Shown in pieces: positions 26,844 through 40,838 of a stretch of 64,000 bases of DNA. Made by a program: the position numbers and the translations under genes. The DNA comes from Octopus vulgaris (Eukaryota): the NCBI GenBank assembly GCA_951406725.2, contig OX597825.1, positions 6,014,001 to 6,078,000 on the forward strand. Reading direction: 5' to 3'. Every line of letters begins with the position of its first letter. Positions within the stretch are counted from its first letter, which is position 1. Below the pieces are notes generated by a model that saw nothing but the letters and a program-made list of their open reading frames with translations, ran no database searches and was not told the DNA's origin.

Positions 26844-27005
26844 AATTCCGCCGAGGTCGACTTTGCCTTTCATCCTTTCGGGGTCGATAAATAAAGTACC
26901 AGTTTCACACTGGGGTCGATGTAATCGACTTAATCCCTTTGTCTGTCCTTGTTTGTCCCCTCTATGTTTAGCCCCTTGTGGGCAATACAGAGATAAATTA
27001 TTATT

Positions 27006-27049
<44 letters not shown>

Positions 27050-27060
27050 TATTATTATTA

Positions 27061-27100
<40 letters not shown>

Positions 27101-27191
27101 GCCTTTGTATTATCTCCCGCATCCTTCGCCCTTGTGGAAAATAAATGACATCCTCATCATCATCCTCATCGTCATCATCATCATCATCACC

Positions 27192-27223
<32 letters not shown>

Positions 27224-27629
27224 CATTATCATTAGTATTAAGGCGGTGATCTGGCAGAATCGTTAAGACGTCGGGCAAAACGTTTAATGGCATTTGCGTC
27301 TGTCTACTTTCTGAGTTCAAATTTCGCCGAGGTCGACTTCGCTTTTCATCCTTCCCAGGGTAGATCAAATAAGTCCCAGTTGAGCACTGGAGTCGATGTA
27401 ATCGACGAATTCCTTTCGCCAAAACTTTCAGGCCTTGCTGTCTATAGTGGAAAGGATTATTACGATAAATTGATATCAATCTGTGTAGGCCAGACGGAAA
27501 TTAGATTGATTGATGCGATGCAGATTAAAACCACTCACCCGTAAAACGCTCGGCATTATTAGAGAGGCGTTTTCCGTTGGACACGTTGGTAGTGGGGTGG
27601 CGGTGGGTTGGGGGTGCTGGTAGTATTGG

Positions 27630-27791
27630 CAGTAGTGGTGGTGGTGGTGGTGGTGGTGGTGGTGGTGGTGGGGATGATGCTGACGGTGATAGAGGAGGTG
27701 GTGATGGCGATGGTGGTGATGGCGGTGGTGGTGGTTACCGTATTTCCGATGGTGATATTCGTCATCCTGGAGGTGTAAGTGGTGGTGGTGC

Positions 27792-27860
<69 letters not shown>

Positions 27861-27920
27861 CAGCAGCAGCAGCAGCAATAACAACAACAATAATAATAAT
27901 AACAATAACAATAATAATAA

Positions 27921-27951
<31 letters not shown>

Positions 27952-28090
27952 AAGAAGAAGAAGAAGAAGAAGAAGAAGAAGAAGAAGAAGAAGAAGAAGA
28001 AGAAGAAGAAGAAGAAGAAGAAGAAGAAGAAGAAGAATGATTATAATAATAATAATAATGATAATAATAATAATGATTATAATAATAAAT
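27630..28090. repeat. compound triplet microsatellite GGT/AGT/AGC/AAT/AAG
   Basis: Direct reading. It produces the poly-G/S/N/K ORF. Confidence 0.95.
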
Positions 28091-29195
28091 GTAGTACCAG
28101 GCAGTGGCTCTCGTGGCTTCTGATTTTAACTGATTGGATGTGTTATCATAATGTCGATAATATCGACCCCCAGTGCGTAACTGGTATTTATTTAATCGAC
28201 CCCGAAAGGATGAAAGTCGGCCTCGGCGGAATTTGAAATCAGAGCGTAGCGGCAGACGAGATACCTATTTCTTTACTACCCACAAGGGGCTAAACACAGA
28301 GCGGACAAACAAGGACAGACAAACGGATTAAGTCGATTAGATCGACCCCAGTACGCAGCTGGTACTTAATTTATCGATCCCGAAAGGATGAAAGGCAAAG
28401 TCGACCTCGGCGGAATTTGAACTCAGAACGTAACGGCAGACAAAATACGGCTGCGCATTTCGCCCGGTGCGCTAACGTTTCTGCCAGCTCGCCTTAGAAG
28501 TAAATATAGCACAGTAGATACATGTGGAAATCGTGTCTTTTGGATAACAGTAACCGACTGATGATATTACGCAAATAAAAGGCGGTGAGCTGGCAGAATC
28601 GATAGCACGCCGGGCGAAATGCTTAGCAGTATTTCGTCTGCCGTTACGTTCTGAGTTCAAATTCCGCCGAGGTCGACTTTGCCTTTCATCATTTCGGGGT
28701 CGATAAATTAAGTACCAGTTACGGACTGGGGTCGATGTAATCGACTTAATCCCTTTGTCTGTCCTTGTTTGTCCCCTCTATGTTTAGCCCCTTGTGGGCA
28801 ATAAAGAAATAGACATTACGCAAACAAAGACTTTGGGCTGCATTAATTTTGATAACAAAAGACGGTTAGTCGTATTTCCTGTCCACTTATCGAAAATATA
28901 CAGAAAAATCCGATTAATTTACAGGGGAGATAACTCTGGTATCGTTTTCAAGGGAAATAACTCTGCAGTCTTCATAAAAAAGCAAAACTGTATTCTTCCA
29001 ACGTGGAAACTGCTACTTCAAGAATGAGAAATCTCTTTTGAGAGCGAGACATATGCGATATGATTCATCCTCAGGTGACCAGCACTTCCAATACAAAAAG
29101 AAAAAAAAGAGAGAGACCTCAAGGTAATTTTTCTTTGGTTTACCATACACAGAGTCCCGCGAGCTGTAGTCTGCCCAAGTTGTGTTATATTTAAT

Positions 29196-29269
29196 GATCG
29201 CTTAGCTCAGTTGATTAGAGCGTCGTACTAATAATGCGAATGTCATGGGTTCGAGCCCCTTGCTGGCCA
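29196..29269 (+). pseudogene. tRNA-Ile(AAT) pseudogene
   Basis: 74 nt colinear with the metazoan tRNA-Ile-AAT consensus (..TTAGCTCAGTTGxTTAGAGCGT..CTAATAA..GGTTCGAxCCCC..CTGGCCA). The acceptor and anticodon stems are mismatched and D-loop GG has become GA. Confidence 0.8.
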
Positions 29270-32200
29270 ATGATTATTTCTAAGGCGGTGAGCTAGCAGA
29301 ATAGTTACCACGCCGGACAAAATGCTTGGCAGCACTTCAACCGTCTTTACGTTATGAGTTCAAATTCCGCCAAGGTCGACTTTGCCTTTCGAGGCCGATT
29401 TAATAAGTACCAGTTGACTGCTGGGACAAGCGTAATCATCTTACGGCCTTCTCCGAACTTACTGGCCTTGTGCCAAATTTTGAAATCAATACCTAATACG
29501 TTCGTCCAGAGATAATATATTTTGTGGACGTACTGTGTCTAAAAAATACAAAATATATCAGTAGCCGGCTGAGATCACCTAGCAGTTGCCAATGAGGTTG
29601 TTTCGGGCGAATTTATGCCTTGATGAGCTTTCTCAGTAGCATGTACTCGCTACCAACCAAAAACTAAGGCGAAACTGGTCACTATTGTGAACCCTTCGGT
29701 CATGAATGACCATGGGATCGCACCTAGAAAGTTACCCTCCGAGGCATAGGTCTGGGCAAGGTTGTTTATGGAAGACCAACAGTTGCCCATGCATACCGGC
29801 CTCCTCTCTCCACGCCACCGATGTTATTCAAGGGAAAGGCAAAGGGGCCGATACAGCTTGGCACCAGTGGCGTCGCAGCTCATTTATTAACGTGAAAGTG
29901 GCTGAGCACTCCACAGACACGTGTACCCTTAACGTAGCTTTCGGGGAGATTCAGCGTGACACAGAGTGTGACAAGGCTGTGTGACAGAAACAGGAAGAAA
30001 GTGTGAGAGAAAGTTGTGGTGAAAGAGTAAAGCAGAGTTCACCACCAACCTCTGCCGGAGCCTCGTGGAGCTTTAGGTGTTTTTGCTCAATAAACACTCA
30101 CAATACCTGGTCTGGGAATCGAAACTGCGATCCTCCGACCGCGAGTCCGCTGGCCTAACCACTGGGCCATTGCGCCTCCACTGGACACTATTAATATATA
30201 TATTTTGTGCAGAAACGTCAGCACGCCGGGCGAAATGCGTGGCCGTATTTCTTCTGCCGTTACGTTCTGAGTTCAAATTCCGCCGAGGTCGACTTTGCCT
30301 TTCATCCTTTCGGAGTGGATTAAAAAAGTACCAGTTACGCACTGGGGTCGATATAATCGACTTAATCCGTTTGTCTGTCCTTGTTTGTCCTCTCTGTGTT
30401 TAGCCCCCTTGTGGGTAGTAAAGAAATATATATATTTTGTGCTTACTAACACAGCGAGTGCATATGAGAGACTATCTCCGGATGAACACAACAGTAAATT
30501 TGCCCTTTCACTATGTATCTACACAAAAAATATGGTAAACAGGTGTTTCTATTTAAAGTTAATTCTGCTTTTTTTGCTGATCACGAATTAATAATGGCAA
30601 TGTTTCGCTCGCTGCTCTTTCTTAACGAAACTGCAGATTGGCCGTTGCATCCATATAATTCTTCTTCCTTCGTGTTGTGTTTGAAACAATTTCGAAATCA
30701 AAAATGGAAATTGTAAGTATAGCCGATGCCAGTGCCGCCTGACTGGCTCCCGTGCTGGTGGCACGCAATAAACACCATTCATGCGTGGGTCCTTGTCAGT
30801 GCCGCGAGACTGGCTCCCCGTGCCGCTGGCACGTAAAACGCACCATCCGAACGTCGTCGATGCCAGTACCCCCACTCCGACTTGCTCCTGTGCCAGTGAC
30901 ACGTCAAAAGTACCATCCGAACGTGACCGATGCTAGTGCCGCCTGACTGGCTCCTGTGTCGGTGACACGTAAAAAGCACCCACTACAATATCGGAATGGT
31001 TGGTGTTAGGAAGGGCATCCAGCTGTAGAAACATTGCCAGATCGGATTGGAGCCTTGTGCGGCCTCCTGGTTTTCCAGTCCTCAGTTAAACCATCCAACC
31101 CATACCAGCATGGAAAACGGACGTTAAATGATGATGATGATGATGATGGTGTGGTGAGATGCTTGATTCTGAGTTCAGTTTGACTTTGCGTGGCACCTTG
31201 AGCAAGTATCTTCTACTATAGGCTCAGGCCGACCAAAGTGGGATTTGGTAGACGGAAACTAAAAGAATCCCGTCGTCACGCACACACAGAGGGGACAAAC
31301 AAGGACAGACAAACGGATTAAATCGATTATATCGACCTCAGTGCGTAACTGGTACTTAATTTATCGACCCCGAAAGGATGAAAGGCAAAGTCGACCTCAG
31401 CGGAATTTGAACTCAGAACGTAACGGCAGACGATATACGGCTACGCATTTCGCCCGGCGTGCTAACGTTTCTGCCAGCTCACCACCTTCTGTCCATTATT
31501 ATTATTATTAAAAGTTTGAAGTTGTTGCCGAGATGGCGGAGTTATTTGGGCTTTGGGGAAAAAAAAATACTTTGCAGCATTTGTTCCGATTCTTAACGTT
31601 CTAAGTTCAAATCCCGCCGAGATCGAATTTATATTTAGTTCCTTCCTGATCGATACTGAGATCGATTATATCACCTGCCCTCTCCTCAAAACAGTCGCGC
31701 ATGTGTCTATATCAGAAACCATTATTACAAGTTGGAAGACGAGCTGGTACGTGCCTTGCAGTGTCACCTTGCTGGAATATCTTCTGGCTCTCTATCTTCT
31801 AAGTTCAAATTCCGCTGAATCGACTTTACCGTTCGTCCTTTCGTGGTCGATAAAATAAAGTACATTTGAGCATTGAGATGCCACGACTAAAAAGAATAAA
31901 CGGAAATCGAAAAGGATTTTGTTAGGGACATAACTAATTGCATATTAATATTGAATTATTTCCCTTAGATATTTATCAGCAGAAGCTTGTTGCATGACGT
32001 GATGTTAGTACATCTGTCTCGGCTTCATACGTTGTTCTTTTGCTTTTCTTTTACCTGCTTCAGTCATTTGACTGCGGCCATGCTGGAGCACCGCCTTTTA
32101 GTCGAGCAAATCGACCCCAAGACTCATTCTTTGTAAGCCTGGCACTTATTTTATCGGTCTCTTTTGCCCAACAGCTAAGCTACGGGAATGTAAACACACC

Positions 32201-32435
32201 AACGTCGGTTGTCACGCGATGGTGGGAGACAAACACAGACGCACAAATATATACATATATATATAATCGCCGTGATAGATCGGTGGCCACTACACATTTT
32301 TTTTCTGAGTCCCTTTCTGTAGAAGAGCATAGGCTCGAAACGTAAAAGACTTTTTCTATTCCTGAGCGTTATACTAATACATCTGTTTGTTTTCTACACC
32401 ACCTGTCTTCGTCTTATGTTTTTTTCGTGAACTCT

Positions 32436-32474
<39 letters not shown>

Positions 32475-33019
32475 CACGACGGGCTTCTTTCAGTTTTTGT
32501 CTACCAAATCCACTCACAGCTATAGTAGAAGACACTTGCCCGAGGTGCCACGCAGTGGGACTGACCCCGGAACCGTGTGGTTTCGAAGCAAGCTTCTTAC
32601 CACACAGCCTCCACAAAAACATATCAGGCCGTCGGGAAATACTACCTTGCTTGAAAATAAATGAAGGTTGATGACAGGAACAACATCTGACTTAGAAAAT
32701 CTTCCTCAATAAATTCCGTCTGATCCATGCAAGCAAGTAAAAAAGAAGACATTAAAATGATGATGATGATGATGACGGCAGCATAAAATGGTAGATGTAT
32801 ATATATGCAGGCATGGCTGTGTGGTTAAGGAGCTTGCTTCCTAGCTACATGGTTTCGGGTTCAGTCCCACTGCGTGGCACTTTGGGTAGGTGTCTTCCAC
32901 TATAGCCCCGAGACGACCGGAGCTTTGTGATTGAATTCGGTAGGTGGAAGTTACTGCCATGTGTGTATGTGTGCGTATAGCTGCTCAGTGCCTCTCCGAA
33001 AGAGAGAGAGAGAGAGAGA

Positions 33020-33061
<42 letters not shown>

Positions 33062-33827
33062 ATATATATATGTTTGGCTCAACCAGCGTGAGTTTCTCTA
33101 CATTTCCATGACTTAGCAGTTTGGCAAAAAAGAAACTGATAGAATATGTATCAGATTTGAAACAAGAACTGGAGCAGTGGCACCATGATCAAAATCCAAA
33201 GACTGAAACGAACAGAAGCATAAAAGAATATGAGACTCTGTCGGGGAAAAGTTAGTTCCATCCACAATCTTGCTTGGATTCACCTGTTCTCGGTGTTTAG
33301 ACGTGGCGACGCTATTAAGAAATTAACTTCTTGACCAGATGGTCTCAGGTTCGGTTCTACTAAGGAGGTGAGCTGGCAGAATTATTAGCACGCCGGACGA
33401 AATGCTCAGCTGTATTTCGTCTGCCGTTGCGTTCTGAGTTCAAATTTTGCCGAGGTCGACTTTGCCTTTCATCCTTTCGGGGTCGATAAATTAAGTACCA
33501 GTTACGCACTGGGGTCGATTTTAGCCCCTTGTGGGCAGTAAAGAAATAGGTTCAGTTCTACTGCACAGTATTTTAAGCAAGTGTCTCCAACAGTATTCCT
33601 GCATTAACCTAGAGTAATTTAAGTCAATCTGGAAGACAGAAACTGTATGAAGCCTATTGTATGTGTGTGTTGAATCATCGTCGTCGTTGTCATTATCATC
33701 ATAACCATTTAATGTTTGTCTTCTATGCTAGATGGGTTGAAACAGTCTGACAGGATCCAAAGAAGAGCTGGAGGACAGCATCCCACTCCAATGCCTGCTT
33801 TGGTATGATTTCTGTGGCTGGATATTC

Positions 33828-34497
33828 GGGACTAATGCAGTTTCGCACCTCTCCTCGAAAAATGCATTTATTTCGAAAAGATATTTTTCAGATTCCTGTT
33901 TTATATGTCGGAGATTACAAATATACAAAAAAAAAATTTTTTTCGTGTGGATTTAATTTCGATTTAATTACGATTTGCATATGTTAGTCAGTTCACTATG
34001 ATCTCTTTAAAGTAAACAAAATCAAAATTTTTAGGTGGGGGTAAAATTTTGAAAATTTCTTTTTTTGCATATTCGTTTGTAATCTACAATATCTAAAACG
34101 TAAGAATCAGAAAATTTTTTTTTTTTTAAAAGTGCATTTTTCAAGGAGAGGTGGGTTGTCAACTAAAGGTGACGCTCTTATAGAAGACTGTGTTGCTGTT
34201 GTTTTTAGCCTCAGGAAGACATTCAGGTCTATCTCTTTATACACCTATCTATATATTGAATTTAAAATTTAGAAAACTTGGTTTCTTGCATATCTGGAAT
34301 CTCCATCATCTAAAACACAGCGGAAAAAATATTTCGAAAAAGTTCTAAATTTCAGGGTGGGGGTTGGAGGGGAGTTGAATTTTTTTTTTTTTTTTTTTTC
34401 ATATTCATAATCTCTAACATCTAACGTAGGAATCTGCAAAAAAAACTTTTCAAAAAAATGCATTTTTCAAAGAGAGGTGCAAAGCTGCATTAGCCCC
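33828..34497. mobile_element. MITE with long TIRs and 8-bp TSD GGATATTC (MULE/Merlin/hAT-type, unit A copy)
   Basis: Termini gggactaatgcagtttcgcacctctc.. and ..gagaggtgcaaagctgcattagcccc. ggatattc occurs at 33820-33827 and 34498-34505. Confidence 0.85.
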
Positions 34498-35427
34498 GGA
34501 TATTCTTTCCGACTTTACGGAAGGTACAGGATACTTGTTTTTATTTTATTTTTTTCATAGTACCATCACTGGTGAAGTTTCCAAGTAACTTGGAAGACAA
34601 GGAAAAAGTCCCTTTGATTGAGTAGAACTGTGGTAAAGAAAGAGTTCACTTTATGCTACATGTCGAGAGGGACAGCCACATGGACATCCAGTTGTAAAAA
34701 GCATGCCAAAACATACATGAAAATATATCTGGAAATGAGGAAAAATTATCTCTATTGGAAACAGGTGAGTGAGTGTAAATGACAGGAAAGGTATCTCATC
34801 ATCATCATCATCGTTTAACGTCCATTTTCCATGCTAACACGGGTTGGACGGTTCGACCGGGGTCGGGAAGCTGGGAGGCTGCACCCACCAGGCTCCAGTC
34901 TGATCTGGCAGTGTTTCTACAGCTGGATGCCCTTCCTAACGCCAACCACTCCGTGAGTGTAGTGGGTGCTTTTTACGTGCCAGGGGAGGCTGGCAGTGGC
35001 CATGATCGGTTGGTGCTTTTTACATGCCACCGGCACGGAGGCGAGTTGAGGCGGCACTGGCAGCGACCACATTTGGATGGTTCTTTTACATGCCACCAGC
35101 ACTGGTATCACAACTGCAATTTCCATTGATTTTTGATCTGCTTCAACAAATTCTGTGTCACCCATCCAAGCATGGAAAAGTAAATGCCAAAATGATGATG
35201 ATGATGATGATGATGAAGATGATGATGAAATAGAAGAAAATGTGAAAAGCAGAAAACATTTAGTTTGATGTTCAATGAAGCATTTATTAGAAGTCTCAAT
35301 GGATAATTTTAATATGGAATAATTTCCTTGCATATAATATCAATTTTAGTCATAAACAAAATGATTTTTGCTGTTGTTTTTTGGTGTTTTTTCTACATGT
35401 CCAGAAGAATCTCAGAAACTTGGTTGT

Positions 35428-35874
35428 CTAATGGCACTCTTTGCCACAAACTTTTAGTGAAACATGCGCTATCTTCCAGTTGTTTGCTGACGAAAGATCC
35501 CTGAGCAAATCAAACTTCTGTTCGAAAAGTCCCAAGACATGATCCCCTTTGTGAACCGTACCGCGAACCAGAACACACACAATACCAAAACTCTCACCTT
35601 GACTCGTAACACCACCACCGGTGATGTTGGCATTGAAATGCAAGTTCTCTTTGCTCACTAATCTTTTTAGTCTACATGCAACCAGATCAGCACCCTCTGT
35701 CCTTTCTTCGTCTATCCCTTCAGATATCAACAGTAAATGTAAGGAACATCGGGGCCAAAACTAATCTTTCAAACCAGATTCAGTTCCTGAGTTAAACAAT
35801 TTATAAAACCAAGATGCAAAAGTTTCGCCAAATTTCACATCACTAATAGAAAGAAGGCGGGTTTCTGGTTCTGC
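35428..35874 (-). pseudogene. C3orf38: C3orf38-like copy A, exon 3 (in-frame TAG at 35761-35763, C-terminal frameshift)
   Basis: Acceptor ttctag|GCA, phase 0. KFGETFASWFYKLFNS..FWP..GADLVACRLKRLV..GTVHKGDHVLGLFEQKFDLLRD..NNWKI matches the recalled human C3orf38 ([36 protein letters not shown]..NTWKI). Confidence 0.88.
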
Positions 35875-35978
35875 CTAGAAATAAAAACAAAAAGAGAAAT
35901 ATCAAGAGAAATATCAGGGTGTATAGACTGGATAAGACAGTGCATATAGTCAGAGTGAGTCAGTGTATAGGATGAGAC

Positions 35979-36033
<55 letters not shown>

Positions 36034-36439
36034 CATAATAGTTTAGGGAAAAACTATTGGTTTCATATCTAGCGTGAACTCGTCATCTCTTCAGTTTTTC
36101 TAAACAATAACTGCCCTCTGCAAAGAATGTTTTTTTTTTAAATACAAGAACACCAGTGATAGTTCAAGAAATATTCCTTGGTTATCATTTAGAAAAACTG
36201 AAGAGGTGTCTAGTTCACACTAGATATGAAACCAATGGGTTTTTTTTTTCTAAACTATTACATTACATATACAAAAATAAACAACTACTCTATATTTTAT
36301 AGGTATGCTCTTCTGATTTATGATATTGTAACAATATATATATATAAAAGACTTTTTCTATTCCTGAGCGCTATACTAATACATTTGTTTGTTTATACTC
36401 CACCTGCCTTCGTCTTTTGTTTATTTTCGTAAAATTTCC

Positions 36440-36478
<39 letters not shown>

Positions 36479-36524
36479 CGTCCAACCCATGCTAGCATGG
36501 AAAACGGACATTAAATGATGATGA

Positions 36525-36584
<60 letters not shown>

Positions 36585-37583
36585 GAGGCGCAATGGCCCA
36601 GTGGTTAGGGCAGTGGACTCACATGTGTGTATGTATATATGTATGTATGTACACATGTATGTTTGTATGTATGTATGTATGTAGAGAGAGAGAGAGTGAG
36701 AATGAGACACAGTGTACCCAGTCAAGTTGAGAAAGTTATATATTGTAGGTAGGACAATGCTGAACACATATGATATTTGACTGAAAAGAGGAAGTTTTCG
36801 ATGAGTAATTGCAAGGAATGTGAATTACAGAGCTGTAAAAAAAAAGTGACAGCAAGTGCAAGTGTTTCCTGCACAAATGTGAGCACTGCTTACAGAGCCA
36901 TCTTCATTGGAAATTAAAAGCATAGGAGAATTCTACAAAGATGGTGGATAATCTTGTGTTTCTGGGTGAAAAAGACCAAATGAATTTCAGGAGAGGAAAG
37001 AATTTGCAGGATGTTTGCTTTGCAGATGGCAGTTTTGAAGGTATTTTAAAACTGGGTAAATACCATCCAGTTGATGACAGTCAGGACTTTCCTCTAGGTA
37101 TTGCTGTTCACTAGTACAGGTAATATCACACCTGTGTGTGGAGCACCTGGAAAATTGGGGCTGTTATGTAGTTTTGTTGTGTATGGGATGTAAAAGAAAC
37201 ACATTAAAGTCATGTGCTTAGCTGTCTTAGATGGATCAAGGGTGAAACGGATCTAGTGCCAGGGACAGCTTGCAAAACTCTGGGGGAACTCATAAATAGT
37301 TTGATGAATTGAAGTATCTCGTAGAGTTTAGGAGGTAGGATGTCTTGATTAGGTAGCTGACAGTCAATCATTTAACGAAGAAGGAAGATAGAGAGCTGAT
37401 GGAACTGTCAATGTACCAGACAAAATACTAAGCCACTGAGGCTAACTTTGCCTCTCAAGGTCAATAAAATAATTACCAATGGAGCACTGGGCTTAATGTA
37501 ATCGACTTAGCTCTCTCCTGAAAATTGCTGATCTTCATCCAAAGTTAGAGAAAAGTTTAAAAAAGAAAAGGTCAGAAAATTAC

Positions 37584-37807
37584 CAAATGGGTTTGCTCCC
37601 TGGGTGGGGATTGGACTGCAGGATAAGAATTCCTTTCTTCAGACCAATATTCTAAAATTCGAGAAATTAAATCCTGTTTTGTTGAACTACCAGACACTGA
37701 AACTTGTTGACTGAAAAGATACTTCTTCAGGTAATCTCGTGTGATTTTCTGTCGGCTCAAAAGTTCACTCGCTGACATAGAAAACGAGAGGATGGCATCA
37801 ATAGCTT
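37584..37807 (-). CDS. C3orf38: C3orf38-like copy A, exon 2 (224 bp)
   Basis: ttgcag|AA..TTG|gtaatt. EAIDAILSFSMSASELLSRQKITRDYLKKYL..KQDLISRILEYW matches human [26 protein letters not shown]..DYW. Phases 1 and 0 fit the neighbouring exons. Confidence 0.9.
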
Positions 37808-38508
37808 CTGCAATGGAAACAAAAATAAATAAATCACATTTGCGTTAATTACAGAAAAATTGTTCTGTTATTCATTTATATTATTTTCTTCCTTTCCAGT
37901 GAGACGTAGAAAGGAACCTGAAATTGTTATATCTTAGACAACAAAGGGTTTCATCATCATCATCATCATCATCATCATTATTTAATGTCCGCTTTCCATG
38001 CTAGCACGGGTTGGACGATTTGACTGAGGTCTGGAGAACCAGATGGCTGCACCAGACTCCCATCTTGATCTGGCAGAGTTTCTACAGCTAGATGCCCTTC
38101 TTGACGCCAACCACTCCGAGAGTGTAGTGGGTGCTTTTACGTGCCACCGGCACGGGGGCCAGTTTGGTGGTACTGGCAACGGCCACACCCAAATGGTGCT
38201 TTTTATGTGCCAACTGCACAGGAGCCAGTCCAGCAGCACTGGTGACACCTTTGCTCAAATGTTTCAAATGCCACTAGCACAAGTGTTAGTAAGACGACAC
38301 GGTAACGATCACACTCGAATGGTACTCTTAGCGTTTCACTAGCAACGGATGCCAGAGTTTGATTTCAACCTTGATTTCACTTGCCTCAACTGGCAGCAGA
38401 GTCCATGGGTGAAGGTCATGTAAGTAATGTTGGTTAGATTCATACCAGACTCAATTCAGTAGATAACAATCAAAAGTGCTCATCATGACCATCCTAAACT
38501 TAGCTTAA

Positions 38509-38729
38509 CCCTTTTGTTACCAACCCGGCTGAAACCAGCTCTGGTTCTGTAGTACAAATGTCTTGTTTGCATAAGTTTTGAATTAAAATCTTCCACCAAA
38601 CCTTAGTCGCAATTTATGTCCCTAACACTAGCTGAATGATAACTAAGTTATTTTACTAAATTCTTTGTTATATTTAAAACAATTGAAAGAAATGCAGAGC
38701 ATCTGAAAATAAATATGGTAACGAAAGGG
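38509..38729. mobile_element. piggyBac-like MITE with TTAA TSD in intron 1 of copy A
   Basis: ttaa|cccttttgttacca...tggtaacgaaaggg|ttaa. The left part is deleted in unit B at about 53268. Confidence 0.8.
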
Positions 38730-40083
38730 TTAACTACTGCATATCTGGGACAACATAATCCAATGTGTCAAACTTTGTCAAGAAAGTAGGATGTAATTTG
38801 AGGGAGATTTAGCTGTTACATCTAGTGGGTTAAATGACCATATGCAGGCTCTTGTATTTGAGTAAGGACTGTAAAGCTGTATGGTAAAGGCGTAAAAGTC
38901 TAATGTGCAAATGACTACACTCTCGGAGTGGTTGGCGTTAGGAAGGGCATCCAGTAGTAGAAACACTGCCAAATCAGACTGGAGCCTGGTGCAGCCTCCA
39001 TGGCTTACCAGACCCCGGTCAAACATTCCAACCCGTGCGAGCATGGGAAACGGACGTTAAACGATGATAATGATGATGTACAGAGGCAGGAATGAAAATT
39101 TGGTGGATACATACAATGGAAAAATTGAAACCAATATATTTTTCCACATAAATTCCATGCCATATATTATAGGATGCATAGCCTAGCAGTTAGTGTAAGG
39201 CATTCACGCTTGGCCACACCCCACTTGTTTTTTTTTTACAGAAACCCACATTTTCAGCTACGGAGATTACGAATTTGTAAATAAATTTTTCTATTTCAAA
39301 ACTTAATTTCCCCACCCCCACCCCACCCTCCTCTCTTTCACTTTAAAACGAAAGTAAATAAATAAAAGATTTTCATGGAAATTGAAGAACAGTGGATCCG
39401 GATAAAAGTTCGTTGGCAACTTTGCGAGTTAAAACGAAACAGTAGAATTTATTTTTAATTTCAATTATTTCAACAAAAAAAAAACAAAAAAAAACACAGT
39501 AGCCCCTCGCGAATGTACGGATGTTTTTAAACCCTTTCGTTTATTGCACATGCGTCAGGGTTTTACACTCTGCGCATTAAACAGGCTTTCACATGCTAGA
39601 AATAACAGCCAAATCTCCGACGGCAACTCCACGCACTTTGTAGGCATTCCTACACAAGTGTGCCCCCTGCAATTTGTTTCCTCGTAACTTTCAGAAGAAT
39701 GGATATTTTTTAATAAAACTTTCAACATATATTCTTAATACGGTGTAGATTCCGATTATATCGGAATTTGTTTGGGAAAAAGTTTTCCGAACAGAGGGGA
39801 GCGGAGTTTCGAAAAATTCCCATATCTGCTTTGTTTCTTCGCCTATGCCAAAACGAAAGCTCGGTTATGCTTCAGACAATGTAGGTTTTGATTATATAGG
39901 AATTTGTTGGGGGCAAAAAAATGCGGTAAAATAACGAAAGAATGGTGGACAGATGAGATTAAAATAACGAAAGAAATATGTTATCAAACATCCAAACGGC
40001 TGCTTCATAAATGACATAAACAAATTCTGTATAACCGTAGTTTTTCGCCAATACCTTACAAGCAACACGCACACACATTCACT

Positions 40084-40199
<116 letters not shown>

Positions 40200-40289
40200 A
40201 ATAATAAATATTAGGGAATAAATCCAAAATTACAGGGAAAAATCAGATTTAGGATTAAATCCAATTTTATAGTAAAATATTATATAATA

Positions 40290-40578
40290 TTAATTAAAGA
40301 CAAAACCACTATTTTGCAAAACAAACAAGGAAAGACTTAATCAATACATAAAATTTTAATAAAAAGTAAAAAAACCGCCACTACAATTGTTTCATGTCTT
40401 CAAATGACAATCTTCAGGTGGATTTCCGATTTTCAAATCAGTTTCAATTTATGAAGATTGTCATTAGAAGACATGAAACAATTGTAGTGGCGTTTTTTTT
40501 ACTTTTTATTAAAATTTTATGTATTGATTAAGTCTTTCCTTGTTTGTTTTGCAAAATAGTGGTTTTGTCTCTAATTAA
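40290..40578. repeat. ~127-bp-arm foldback palindrome with a hammerhead motif (40378-40421, minus)
   Basis: Arms 40290-40416 and 40452-40578 with a ~35-bp spacer. Minus strand reads ccac-CTGAAGA-t-tgtc..gaca-t-GAAAC-aatt-GTA-gtgg. Confidence 0.85.
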
Positions 40579-40838
40579 TATTATATATATATGTATATAT
40601 ATATATATGTATAATTTTAATCCAAACGGGAAAACAGAAAAAACAACAACACGTGGAACAATTACAGTATTATTATTAATAGGCGCTCAGGAAAGATGGA
40701 AGCATGAAGGTATGACGTTCCGAGCGGAGCTCTTCGTCGGAAACATAAAGAAGGAAGAGAGAGGAAAGAAAGATCCCAAAGTGGGCAACAAGAGATGGAG
40801 AAAAAAAAACGACTGGTGTTTACGAAGTACACATGGTA

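Noticed and set aside
27577-28236. 219-aa poly-G/S/N/K ORF
   Set aside because: Compound triplet microsatellite running into a SINE, with no splice or homology support.
29196-29269. Functional tRNA-Ile gene
   Set aside because: Multiple stem mismatches and loss of D-loop GG; called a pseudogene.
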